A program made the translations under genes and the position numbers. From Yuukianura sp. NJ FZ-2021 (Eukaryota), in contig CM102286.1 of NCBI GenBank assembly GCA_046563655.1, forward strand, positions 9,982,001 through 10,046,000: a stretch of DNA of 64,000 nucleotides. The letters run 5' to 3'. This document shows, piece after piece, positions 1-11,126 of the stretch (position 1 is its first letter; every line of letters begins with the position of its first letter). Under the pieces are notes generated by a model. The model was given only the letters and a program-made list of their open reading frames with translations. It was not told where the DNA came from and did no database searches.

Positions 1-28
1 AGCAGTCCAGGCAATCAAAAACAAAATA

Positions 29-1218
29 ATGTTGAAACATTTTTTCCCAAAAGAATTTGTTCTTGATCAAGAAAGGCAATTAATTGCAAATTTGACAAAA
101 CAATTTAGCTTTAAGCTGGAATTTACATCCCCATACCATCCAATAGCAAATGGCATGATGGAACGCTGCAATAAGACACTTAAGAACGGAATTGCAAAAA
201 CCGTTGATGAAAATCAAAAGAATTGGGATTTATGTTTGGAAAGAGCAACATTTGCTTATAATGTCCAAAAGCATTTTTCAACGGAATTTTCCCCTTTTAT
301 TTGTTATTTGGCAGAGGAGCTACTTTGCTAATAGACATTGACCTGCCGAACTTTGATTCCGATCAAGAGTTCGATTTGGAAAAATTAAATCAGCATACGC
401 ATGAAGCTCAGTTAAATTCTCATAAAAATCATGAGAAAAACAAATCCAGAGACAATAAGACTCGGAAGGAACAAAAATTTCAGATAGGCGAATTGGTCAT
501 CAGATCTAAGCCAATTCTGAAAAAGGATCTTAGTAAAGTGTATATTGCTCAAAAAGATGGGCCTTATAAAATAATTAGCGAAACTAGTGAGGTTAATTAT
601 AAAATTAAAAAATTAAACAGTCGTTCCAAGAATGTAATTGTTCATGTACGAGATTTGGAACATTATCACTCTGAATTTTTGCCGACTTCTGACAGTGAAA
701 GTGAAAGTGATCATGTCAGGGAAGTAGAAAGGAAAATTATGATCAGTGGTAACAATGGGGCTAGTGGAGTCCACATTACACCTTGTAGTCTGAGAAAGAA
801 GGATAAGAGTAGTACTGTTTCTTCTCCCCCTTCTAGTTTTCGTCACTCAGCTGTCAATGTAAAAAGTAAAACAGAGTCAACGTCTAATAAGCAAATTAGT
901 TCCGGCACTAAATCGCAGATTAGTGCGAAAAGTTACAGTTCCAACTCTAGGTCATTGTCCCGACATGCAAATCTTGCAAATAGTAGTGACAGTGAAGCCA
1001 GTTATGGTAGTGTGAGTCATCTGTCGGTTATAAAAACGACGAACAATGCACGGAGTCGTGTCATTTCATCTTCGTCCTCTTCTGAAGAAGAAACTCCGCT
1101 ACCTCCGGTTCAACCTCCGACAAAGGCCAATACTCCAACCAGAAGGTCAACAAGGCCCGGCACAGTTTCGACAAAGTATGGAGTCCCACTCTTAGTCTAT
1201 GGAGACGGAGACGGATGA
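29..1218 (+). mobile_element. Gypsy-type LTR retrotransposon 3' pol: integrase core and GPY/F region plus Ser-rich tail, frameshifted near 301-331
   Basis: FTSPYHPIANGMMERCNKTLK (rve motif), W...L...FAYN...H..T..SPF, KDGPYKI (GPY/F) and VHVRDL; split over ORFs 29..331 and 301..1218; followed by a PPT and an LTR. Confidence 0.9.
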
Positions 1219-1878
1219 GCTCTTACTTCAGATTGATAATGAAGTTGCCGGTAAGCTCTAAATGACCTTTCACCTGCATTTTGTCCATGTCTCCTCTCCT
1301 GTCTCAAACAATTCAATTTATTTTTTACATAATACTAATTCCAAATTTATTTTTATTTTTCAGATCAAATGCGTACCCTGCAGATGACCCAATCAGCTCC
1401 TTCACCTACAACCTCTACTTCATCAAAGGACTCTATCAACTCTACATCTTCGACCATTCCATTACTACTGAATTCGAACCCACCGGACGGTCGAACCGAG
1501 CTTGGTTCCGGTTTTTCTGCATGGAATATACCGGAGAAGCGGAAGAAAACATCTACTCCATCGGTATCTCCACTGGCAAATTACGATGTATCACAACATC
1601 GTCGACACAATTTCGCTCGTGTGAGTATTTCAAGGCCACCACCTCGAAGACCCTCATAAGCAGCAATAAAAACTAAAGTCTACTGGATGAGCGATCCTGG
1701 TCTTGACAAACCCTCGCGACATTCGAGCTACTCTTGCGGCGATGGCGCCGAAAACGTCTGCAAGACGTCGACCCAGGACCTGCTTCATTTGTAACCAGTG
1801 CGGCCACAAAAAGAAGCACTGTCCGAACTTCCGAGTCTATCGCAATCCAAGTGAATTGCCTTCGTAAGAAGGGAGGAT

Positions 1879-2288
1879 TGAGACGAAGTCAACGGCCTTC
1901 AATTTTTCTGTTAGATTTCTTGGGCTTTTGTCTTAGTCTCAACTTTTGCAAAATCTAGTTACACTCCAAAATTAGCTTCTTTCTTAGCTTCTAAGAATAA
2001 CATACAACTCATTGTTAGCATATTCAGTTCCGCTGGACTTCTAACTCCTGACTTAGTTTTCCAGTTTCCGGTCTGAGCTCTATAAAAGGAAGCTCATTTT
2101 CCATGTACAAAGTCTCTTTCATTTTTATTCTTTAAAGTTACTAGAACTCTGGCATTGTGTGACTGAAAGAGTTCATTCACCTTGGAAATTTTGAAAAATA
2201 GAAGTTTACTTTCAATAGCAACCTGCTATTTCTAAAAGCTTGTAGTTGAAACTTTATTCTTTCCAAGAAAGTTAACGTTTTCACTACA
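1879..2288 (+). mobile_element. 3' LTR of the Gypsy element (~410 bp)
   Basis: Polypurine tract AAGAAGGGAGGA at 1866-1877, then TGAGACG...TTTCACTACA, with an internal TATAAAAG box. Shares TTTCCGGTCTG..C.CTATAAAAGGA and the TTTCACTACA end with the LTRs at 47469 and 49684. Confidence 0.8.
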
Positions 2289-2715
2289 ATGTGGAAGTTA
2301 AAGGAAAGTGGTGCGAAGACCGATGTAAGAACATTGGCATTGTTGTAGTGGACAGTGACGTGTATTTAGACGTATGATGAAGCATCTCCGTGAATGTTCA
2401 GTGATTGCAGTAGATATGGAGATGAGCTTCGACAAGAGATATATTGACAAATATATCTCCATTTTACAGTTAACGGTCTGTGGATCTGATTATCTCATCG
2501 ATACGTTCACGTTTCTGCATCTGTGTGATCAACTTAAGGAATTTTTTCACGACAGCGAGCATTTAAAAGTTTTTCATGGTAGCACCCATGACCAACTCGT
2601 TCTACAAATTCAATTTCAAGTTTTCATGGTAATAAAGATTGATTTTCAAATGGTTCGACTCGTTACAGTCAACTTACCTTACCTAACCTTACAGTCGACT
2701 CGTCATGACTACTAA
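2289..2715 (+). pseudogene. Rrp6/EXOSC10-like DEDDy 3'-5' exonuclease fragment
   Basis: IAVDME (ExoI), LQL...DYLIDT, KVFHGS..D..LQ..F (ExoII), matching the RNase D/Rrp6 pattern; truncated, frameshifted near 2370 and abutting the LTR. Confidence 0.75.
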
Positions 2716-2969
2716 CCGGACCAGCCACGACCTCCTGGCATCGACCGCCACGAGCATCCCAGCCCGACTACGTCACCCTCAACAGCGAATTTGAACAGCT
2801 GGTCGAGACCACGAAGGCCGACCCCCCCGTAACTTTGACCATGCTAGTGGTCAAAGTCGGCATGTGCAACCCGGCGGCTTAACCTGTTAGCTCTATGTAG
2901 TCTCTTTCTCTCTATTCCGTTCACTAGCTCTCTATCTCTAACATTGAACTCCGACATTGAACTTTCTGT

Positions 2970-3130
2970 ACCTCAACGTTATCGAATACATGTGGGCAGA
3001 CATTAAACGGAAACTCCGCGCACGAAACAGGAATATGCAATGAAGAAGAGGAAGAAGAACTGATAAATATTGTACAAGGGGAACTGCGCTGCTACAGCCT
3101 GGATTTGACCAAGGCACACTTCGGACACGT
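2970..3130 (+). mobile_element. Tc1/IS630-family transposase C-terminal remnant
   Basis: Manual translation LNVIEYMWADIKRKLRARNR fits the LNPIE.W..K catalytic-E motif. Confidence 0.65.
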
Positions 3131-3510
3131 ACAACTGTAATGGGCTACGCACTAGTGCTTTCATTGCACTCGTAAATGTATTCTTTGAATCACGTAGGTT
3201 ATCGCGTATGTACTATCGTCAGGACGACATGCACCTGGACCATATTCAAGTAGCCCCGATTGTTGTAAGTTTAAACCAATGAAACCGCAACTGTTACCGA
3301 CAAGTAATGGCACATGTTGTAGTTCGACGTTGGCCCAGACACAGGCTGCGATGGGGATGACGAAGACGAGGAGGACAACGGCTATACTCCTATTGATGAA
3401 TTAAACTATTCAAACATGCCGACGTTGCTGCCACGGAACAGCTAGGACGACGAAGAGTACGATGAAAGGAATGAAGACAGCCCTTATCAGGACATGCCTA
3501 TAATAGGTGA

Positions 3511-3804
3511 GAGAATAGACAACGGGGAGTCGTAAATCCTAACAACTTCAGGGAAAATGAGATTTCAAAAAGGCAAAAACGGTCATTTATTATAGCCTTT
3601 CCAGGAATCATCCTGGTTTCAGTTGTCGCTGGGGTTGGACTTGAAATCGCGGAAACAGAAACTGGAGTACAAGCCATTGTGGCTGAAGCGATGAGCAAAG
3701 CTGTTCGGAACCGTAAATCTCTCAAGCCTCGCTTAAATACAATCCCTGAAGAAGACTCTGACGAAGTAGAAGGAAAATACTGGACTGAAGATACACAATT
3801 GTAA
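3511..3804 (+). pseudogene. Envelope/fusion-glycoprotein-like remnant (furin site plus hydrophobic peptide)
   Basis: Open frame without an early start codon reads ...SKRQKR|SFIIAFPGIILVSVVAGVGLEIAETET...EDTQL*. Confidence 0.4.
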
Positions 3805-3943
3805 ACATATATTTTGTCAAGTTACTTTTTTTTTGTGAAAATTGTTAGTTTTAAGAGTTCTAAAAATAAATTTTTGACTCGTACCAAAATGGTATTTAAG
3901 CGCTTGTTTTTCATTCTAAATGTTTAGTCTGAAACTAGCAGCC

Positions 3944-4150
3944 ATGGGAGACTTTTACGTGACTCTTCAGAATGATTCTTCTTGAAATCATTATCCAGAG
4001 AACACAATTACAAATTCGAGAAGTCATTTTGCAGAGACAATTCGATTAGAATGTGTAAAATACGAAGTGGCACTAGTGGAGTGTACATATGTTCATCACG
4101 AGTATTTGCTTCACAAGGAAAGATGGCTTAGACAAGTTAGCAATCCTTAA
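3944..4150 (+). pseudogene. Polinton/Maverick minor capsid (penton)-like N-terminus with an in-frame stop
   Basis: GCCATGG start; MGDFYVTLQNDSS*NHYPENTITNSRSHFAETIRLECVKYEVALVECTY fits the recalled penton pattern FY.TL.S.SS..YP.NT...F...L...I.L....EVAL.E..Y. Confidence 0.7.
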
Positions 4151-5328
4151 AGTCGATTACCTCCCATGTCACTTTTGTTCAAAATAATATTGAAAGTTTG
4201 TTCTTTTTTTTTTTAGACAATCCAATACAGACCCGAACTTCCTAAGGATCGTCGTTAATGACTTTGTTCGACTTCGCCGCGGTATATGAAATTAAACCCT
4301 ACCTTTCTCTTATCACTCGCGACTTTGCGGATTACGACTTTTTTTGGCCACTATTAACGTCGAATTTTTTCTCGGTACGACCTCAACAATCGACATTTGG
4401 TGAAGAATTTTAAAACTTCCCGCAAAATTCTTGCAAGAAACAATGGAAGTTACCTTAGGAGAACGTTTTGGCAAGAATTTGACGTTATCCTGGAGGAGGC
4501 GTTTGCGAAGGAATCGTCAACGTCTACTTGGCATTGGTCTTGCATAATAGTGTGAGACACACAATGACCCAGTGTCAGGCAATCAATGTAAAATGAGGAT
4601 TACTTGATTTGGGATTCAATTAAGAAAAAAAACATTTCCTAGATTATGTTATCTATGCTCGTTAAAAGAAATTATTTCTCAATAAACATATTCTAAAATA
4701 GTTCACTAATGTAAAATAATTAAATTTCAATTAACTCAACGAAAATCGCCTAACATGGAATAAAAGTGATTTAACAATCCAAGAAATAAGTTTTTAGAAT
4801 CACAACCTACTTCACGCTTAATTAATATTCATTTAGTTCATTTTAGACATCAACAAACCCAGGAACATTTGGGGAATTTTAGTTACAAATAATTCGAAAA
4901 AGAAATGGCTACAATGTTGGCTGACTACAGTTCATCAGAAAAGTCAGACGATGGGATCACCATTGCGGCAAATCGGTTGATGCGTTGTAATCAATAAATC
5001 AACAATTCAACCTTGGGATTAGCTTTCAAGATCACTTGCGTAAGGCACATCAGTTAGTAGACTATGTGAACTAAGGCGAGAAAATTATTGATTTTTTCCT
5101 GACTCAATTAAACGCTATTGTTCCAGGTTGTGTTGTTTGTTCATCCCCTCTCGTGTGGATAAGGGAATGGCGTGGGATTCTATTTTTTAGAGGGGAGGTG
5201 GCTAGGGTGGATTTGGTAGCTGGCGGGAGGGGTGGAAAGTTTTGAATTTGAATTTGAGTGTTTTGGTTCTTTGAGTTTTTCGTGGTTGTTTTTTGTAATA
5301 GTTTTCGAGTTATCAATAAAAAGTTACA

Positions 5329-6410
5329 ATGGTTAAGATTTTTTGCGAATCAGCGCCAGTTGTACAACATAGATCTCGCGTGGATTTGGTTGCGTGTACA
5401 ATCAACGAGGTTGCTGCTGGTGCCGGTGAGGTTCGTTTGCCAGATTCATGTCAGGTGTGTGCCTTTTGTTCGCTTTTGGTTAGAAATTAAGAAAATATTA
5501 TTTTGTTATGAATATTGAGCGGATTTGCGTGTTTATGAAGATTAGTAAATACAGTACAGAGAATATCAGAGATTAATATTATTATTTTATGTATAGCGTC
5601 GTGGCCGTCGTGTTGTCCCCACTGTTAAAACCAGGAGTAGAATTTCCTCGACAAAGGTAACTTAACAGAACAGTCAGCGTGTATTATGTTCATCTCGATT
5701 TCAACTATCTCTGCATGTGAATAATTTCTGATTTGTAGGATCGACGTCGAAAGGGGAACATTTGGGTACCGTCAGATTCAAGTGAGTCATCTGATTCTGA
5801 AGAGTCACTTGCTGCAGATCCTGACGATCTTGTGCCTTATCGTCCACCTCAATTAAGAGGTGTTAGAATTGTTGGAATCGACGGTATTGAGTACGATATC
5901 GTCGGCATTAGAGAAATTGTCCAGGACAAAAAGGGCAATGAGGTCTACCAAGTAGATTTCGGACCTTTGTACTCTTCCGACAGGTAAGTTCGCCCCTTAT
6001 TATTTTTTTTAAATAAGCTTTTTTTTTTCAAAAAAAAAAGTTGGTTGGGCTGGGTTTATTTTCGTGTGTTTTTTTAGTACATTGTGATGCCCGTCTTTCC
6101 AGTGACTATTATTATTTTCTTTGCAGATACCAACTCGATCCCCTTAGGTCATTGTAGCAACTTCAAAGAACAAAGTGACACATGCGGAGTCCATAAAGTG
6201 CGTCAAAGGCGGGGCCAATAGAACAATGCCTAATATTATGACACTGCAACAGTATTACATCATTCAGTCTGGGTTTCATTTCCAACCGAAGAGGTTCTTT
6301 TAAAGTGGTACCACTACGTTTCAATTCAACATTTCGGAGACTTGCAGCATGTCGTCATTCGAGAGTAAGTAGATTTTTTTGTCCAACCGTACTGCCGGTA
6401 CTGGTTTGAC
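5329..6410 (+). CDS. Spliced cargo gene in the mini-Polinton: basic N-terminus, acidic Ser linker, chromodomain-like segment; last exon frameshifted
   Basis: Exons 5329-5454, 5597-5656, 5739-5983 and 6127 onward have GT-AG introns and join in frame: MVKIFCES...DSCQ|RRGRR...STK|DRRRK...SDSSESSDSEE...EYDIVGIREIVQDKKGNEVYQVDFGPLYSSDR|YQL. The 3' end is approximate. Confidence 0.6.
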
Positions 6411-6472
6411 ATGTCGAATTGTTGCATACAGAGTCTGTCGCCGCACAGCGTGTTAATGCATTTCGAAAGCGA

Positions 6473-7194
6473 ATGTCGGGGGAAGGGAGTAGCGACGAGC
6501 CATCTTCCAGTAAAAGGTTGGATGCCAAGGCGTTGCTCTCGGGTGGTCAGGAGAAAGAACCAGAAAAGAACCCAGACGCTGCTGACAACACTGAACAAGA
6601 ATTTTCTGAAAATTACTCAAATTCAGTCGAGCCACTCGTGGATTATATGGAGAAGGTGGCAAAGGTCGAGTACAATGAGAAGAACCAGGACATCTTTTTC
6701 AACGATGATTTTCTGGTCAAAAAGTTTGGACACACTGTCACATTTCGCATGCGTCTTGGATTCGACAACTACAGCCAAGGTAAGCAACAGTTGAACAAAA
6801 TGTTCTCTTGTTCCGTCACAGAGGTGTGCCAGACTGCCCAAAAACACTACGCATCGAACACAGGGGTGCATCCGCCGTCATGGACTTTGAGATGATCCCG
6901 GGACTCATCGGCATCCTCTTTGAACTGTTTCTCGAACACGGCGGAGCAGTCAGTGACTTGCCGGAAATTGAACTCACTCACAAAAAGAACATTGCAAAGC
7001 TTCAGGTCCGAGTCGGTAACCATACGCGCTTTACGGATTGGAAGGATTCGATGGCGGAATACAAGGAGGTGGAGAACAAGAACTACGGTCCAGAAGGAAC
7101 AAGATGGTTTCGCGCAAAACACAGTGACTTCAAGACAACCCAAATTGCCACTGACCGAGTAGTCTTGGACCTTGATGGAGTCATAAGACAGTAG
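6473..7194 (+). CDS. Orphan cargo protein A (frameshift near 6810-6830), paralog of B
   Basis: ORF 6419..6895 (ATG at 6473) joins ORF 6808..7194; segment LRIEHRGASAVMDFEMIPGLIGILFELFLEHGGAVSDLPEIELTH. Confidence 0.6.
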
Positions 7195-7489
7195 ATGCAA
7201 CCTTTTCAACATTTCAACTTGTTACAACTAAACATGTTAGAAAAACAGTACAATTGTCTACTAGTGCGTTTAGTATTGTATTTGTAAAATTGTCTAGCGA
7301 TACACACCATATTAAACAATAGCAACTTTCTCTTTCCTTACTGTCTCATTCTGTCTTTTTTGGTGAAATTTGATGAAAAAAAAAATAAACACTCTCAAAA
7401 AAAAAACAATGTGAAGAGAAAGCAGTCTGTCAGTTTGGGGTGGAGCGTGGCGTATGAGTTTAATTTGTTGGGGTCCATTTCATAGTTAG

Positions 7490-8108
7490 TTGGTCAGAAG
7501 CATCAGCGGTCGCCTCGTGCAGTCTGCAACTGGAATCCAGCACATCAACATCCACACTCTGTTCAATAGTGTCATTTTCGAGTCCACTCTTCTGCTTCAA
7601 ACAACAATGGCTGCAAGGAAACCCATCAGTAGGCAAACGAGACCTCATCCAGTGAACGACGTTGTTATTGTGCTGGTTTAGCAAAAGTGGCGAAGACAAA
7701 GCGATCAATATACGTCAAACCAGGAGCGCCACTGCCATTGACTTTGAAGATGTGCCGAAACTCATCGGATACCTCTTCCAGATTTACATGGAGAATGGTG
7801 GTGATTCGAGAGAGTTACCACGCATGCAGATTACACACGACACGGAACGGCATCTCATGACGCTGAAGCATGAATATGCCACTTCAGCCTTCCGGACATT
7901 CTGGAGCTGTCGCGACAAGTCGACTCCTCACGCATGGCAGGTAAAACATGACCAACAGGAAATGGAGGAAATGCCACAAGACACTGAGGCTATTGACGAA
8001 CAACAAACCAGACCTGAGTATCTTGAAACCGTCTATGAGACTACTGTCTACAACAAGCGAAATAGGAAGACTCTTGCACTCGAAACTGTCCACCAGTATT
8101 TCTTTTAG
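7490..8108 (+). CDS. Orphan cargo protein B (frameshift near 7665), paralog of A
   Basis: INIRQTRSATAIDFEDVPKLIGYLFQIYMENGGDSRELPRMQITH aligns without gaps to protein A (DFE..P.LIG.LF....E.GG....LP....TH). Confidence 0.6.
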
Positions 8109-8977
8109 ACTATAATAATTTTTACGATTGATATTAAAATTTTCTTATTGAATTAGAGGATCTCAAAATGAGTCAATTAAATTAAGCGATTCTTCCTGGA
8201 TATTCTGTCATACATATTCATCTTGTTTGATTTAATTAAAGACAAAGTCTATAACAAGGCGATGGGTTAGAATTTGGAATTTAATAGGTAAAAAAGAAAA
8301 ATACTTTTTTTTTGCATAACTCATTTTTTCCTTTTCAAAACCTTGTTGGATTTTTTTTTGAATTGCAATAGAAGTTTTTTTTTTTACATACGACACGACA
8401 CCATCTACCAATCCAAAACGGGTCAAAACCAAATAGACATACAACGCCATCTTTCACTCACAACTAGAACTTTCCACCCCTCCCGCCAGCTACCAAATCC
8501 ACCTCCCCTCTAAAAAATAGAATCCCACGCCATTCCCTTATCCACACGAGAGGGGATGAACAAACAACACAATCTGGAACAATAGCGTTTAATTGAGTCA
8601 GGAAAAAATCAATAATTTTCTCGCCTTAGTTCACATAGTCTACTAACTCACATCTAACGCGATTAATCAACATTATTGCGGCTCAGAGCGCAGTGATGTT
8701 CAAAATCCTTGCCAATTATTTTGTCCAGCCCAATCCCGTTTACACTATGGATTGAGAGATGAATCATGACTCATCAATCAGTCGTTGCTCAGAAGGTGTT
8801 AGTCCGGCAATGTCGAAGGCTCGTGGAAATTACATAATAACAGGTCCCACCCTTGGGACGGTTAATAATTGTATGTTAAGTAAGTAACAATCGGTTTCGT
8901 TCGCCTTCCAATTTGAAAGAAACTGACTTCAGAAAGATGCTCAGAAACTTGTAATTAACTTACACGAGTTGTACACT

Positions 8978-9035
8978 GTTAATGGGGTACCACATTACTT
9001 GGCGTCGTTAATGGGGTACCACATTACTTGGCGTC
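8978..9035. repeat. Perfect 29-bp tandem duplication
   Basis: GTTAATGGGGTACCACATTACTTGGCGTC occurs twice in a row. Confidence 0.95.
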
Positions 9036-9059
9036 TGTACCTGTGATGCCAATTCAAAA

Positions 9060-9407
9060 GGGATCTACAAAATCCGTTAACTTTGTTGGGAGGTGTCAAC
9101 TGCTCGAAGGATTAAAAGCAAATTCGAGATTGGAGATGCTATTGTTACCACTGGAAGAAAACGTACCCGTCCGTCACCCGGACGTGATAAGGTGCAATCA
9201 TTTGAAATCGATCGAATTTTGAGAATCATTTCCGACTCCTACAGAGTTCGGAATCGGGCTCCTACATTCAACTTCGTTTTCAGAGTTTCGTATGATTTCC
9301 CAGAAATACGTTGCAGCAAGCGAACGTTCCATAAAAAGCTAAAAGGAATGAACTTGGAGTACAAACGAAAAAACAGGAGCAGTGTTAGCGTTACATACGC
9401 TGTATGA
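9060..9407 (+). mobile_element. Tc1/IS630-superfamily (Sailor/DD82E-like) transposase N-terminal DNA-binding remnant
   Basis: STARRI...TTGRKRTR...ID.I.RII...Y.....PT......CSKRTFHKKLKGMNLEYKR fits the HTH-region pattern. Confidence 0.6.
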
Positions 9408-10510
9408 TAAATGTAAAATGTTTCTGTTAGGAAGAATGTAAAAATTCCATGGCTAGAGAACAGCGTTTAATTCACGTTTTTTGATAACAAGTGCAAATAT
9501 ATTCGCTGAACTTTAGAGTACAACAAAGGGAATGAACGGTGAAGTCCACATTTTATTATCTTAATTCTAATTACTGTTTCTATTCGTTAGTACACAAGTC
9601 AAGCCACAACCGAGATGCTGGGCTACCGATTCTAGAATTTGCAGCTACTGTCAAGGGTGGAAAAAACGAGATGGAAAACTCTAATGTTAACGAGATTGTT
9701 CATGAACAAGAAAACACTATATTAGCAACCCCACGAGACCTGTTTATGGGAAACTGCAGCCCCGTAGAAACACGACTAACGATACGGTCGAAAACCAATC
9801 CAGTAAAAAGCTAACTCTAACGTAAACGATTGTACTGATTTGATAAGAATTTTTTCCCCAGCAACTCATTATGCAGATCTAACGCCCGATCCAGAAGTGC
9901 CAAAATTCACAACCACTTGCGAAATTTCAACTGAGTGTGAAATGACCTTAACAATAGCGGACCAGACTTCGGCTGGCGATCCTGTAAATGTGGAAGGTTG
10001 TGTGATGTCGCATGATCCGATGTGTAAAATTTTAAGAAATGACGGATGGCCAATCTTGATGCTTTCATAGAGATGAGAGAAGCGGGATTCGATTTTGAAG
10101 TGTGTGGTAGTATCGATTTTTTCGGAATACTCCAGGGTATCTGTTGGTTGAATGATGCTGCGGACAATTCCCAAACGTGCTCCGCATTGATCATTGGAAT
10201 TATCATAATAATCAGTAATACTTAACGCCAAGTCCTTGCATATAATATGTTGTGGGTTGATGGGGTTTGTTTCTATTCTATAAGCGTCTTACACATTTTT
10301 GCTTTAAACTACTATTTGACGTTTGCACTTACTGGATTGAACGACGCTTACTTGCTAAAGCTCTCCTGTTGATTTGGAATTGACTGATACTTTTGCTGTT
10401 GTCAAGGTAATTGTTAATTATTCTGTTATTCAAATCATAAGTTGTAAAATTGAACTTTAACTTTGTGTAAAATGGCATAGAGTCTTGCATCACCCTTTTG
10501 TTTTAATTAG

Positions 10511-11063
10511 AATGCGGCTTTCTTTACCAGCAATGCCCGTTCCCGGTTTTCTACCATACTTGCGCCATAATTTCCCCGCAATTTCTACCCATTGGCTGCC
10601 TGCCAGCAAGAATGAAGCCAGCGCGTGGAAAATATCAATCACTGAGACCAATGTACAATTAACGAATCCGGACAATATAATTTGTACCGATAGGGGTACG
10701 AGTTTAGGGTTCTTAGATCAAATCTTACATTCGTGGTATGATGATTTGCATGTTAAGGCTCGTTTTGAAGACGGGGATACCTTTTTGCCTTATGAATATG
10801 CTCCATTTCAACAATACAGTTTCTTATTGTATTGGTTTAAAGCTATGGCCTCTGAAAACTTATTTACTGAACGGGAGATCTTTATTTACCGGACCTGGTT
10901 TTACATTGATCACTCATGGGTCCCAACCCGTTTTGATGGTATATTGTACTTGTTAGATGTACATTTTTTATCGTAGAATACTCAAAGACATGCATTATAA
11001 ACAGAATCTAAATTTAAAGGAGTTATACAGGTTAAGGATGAATACTACGGCTGTTGTGTATAA
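10511..11063 (+). pseudogene. Orphan gene C, paralog of D
   Basis: Exon after acceptor TTAATTAG; GFLPYL..F......WLP, LH..DL, DGILYLLDVHF; premature stop at 10976; a later TAA overlaps AATAAA near 11061. Confidence 0.5.
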
Positions 11064-11126
11064 ATAAAGCTTTGTGGTACGTCTTAATTATTCTTATTGC
11101 GTCTTTTGTCTGTTATTTTGGTATAC

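Larger units (their letters stand above)
5052..8648. mobile_element. Non-autonomous mini Polinton/Maverick-type element (3597 bp)
   Basis: TIRs at 5052-5241 and 8468-8648 are nearly identical (one ~9-nt indel, one substitution seen); termini AGTTAGTAG...CTACTAACT; perfect 6-bp TSD CACATC at 5046-5051 and 8649-8654. Confidence 0.88.
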
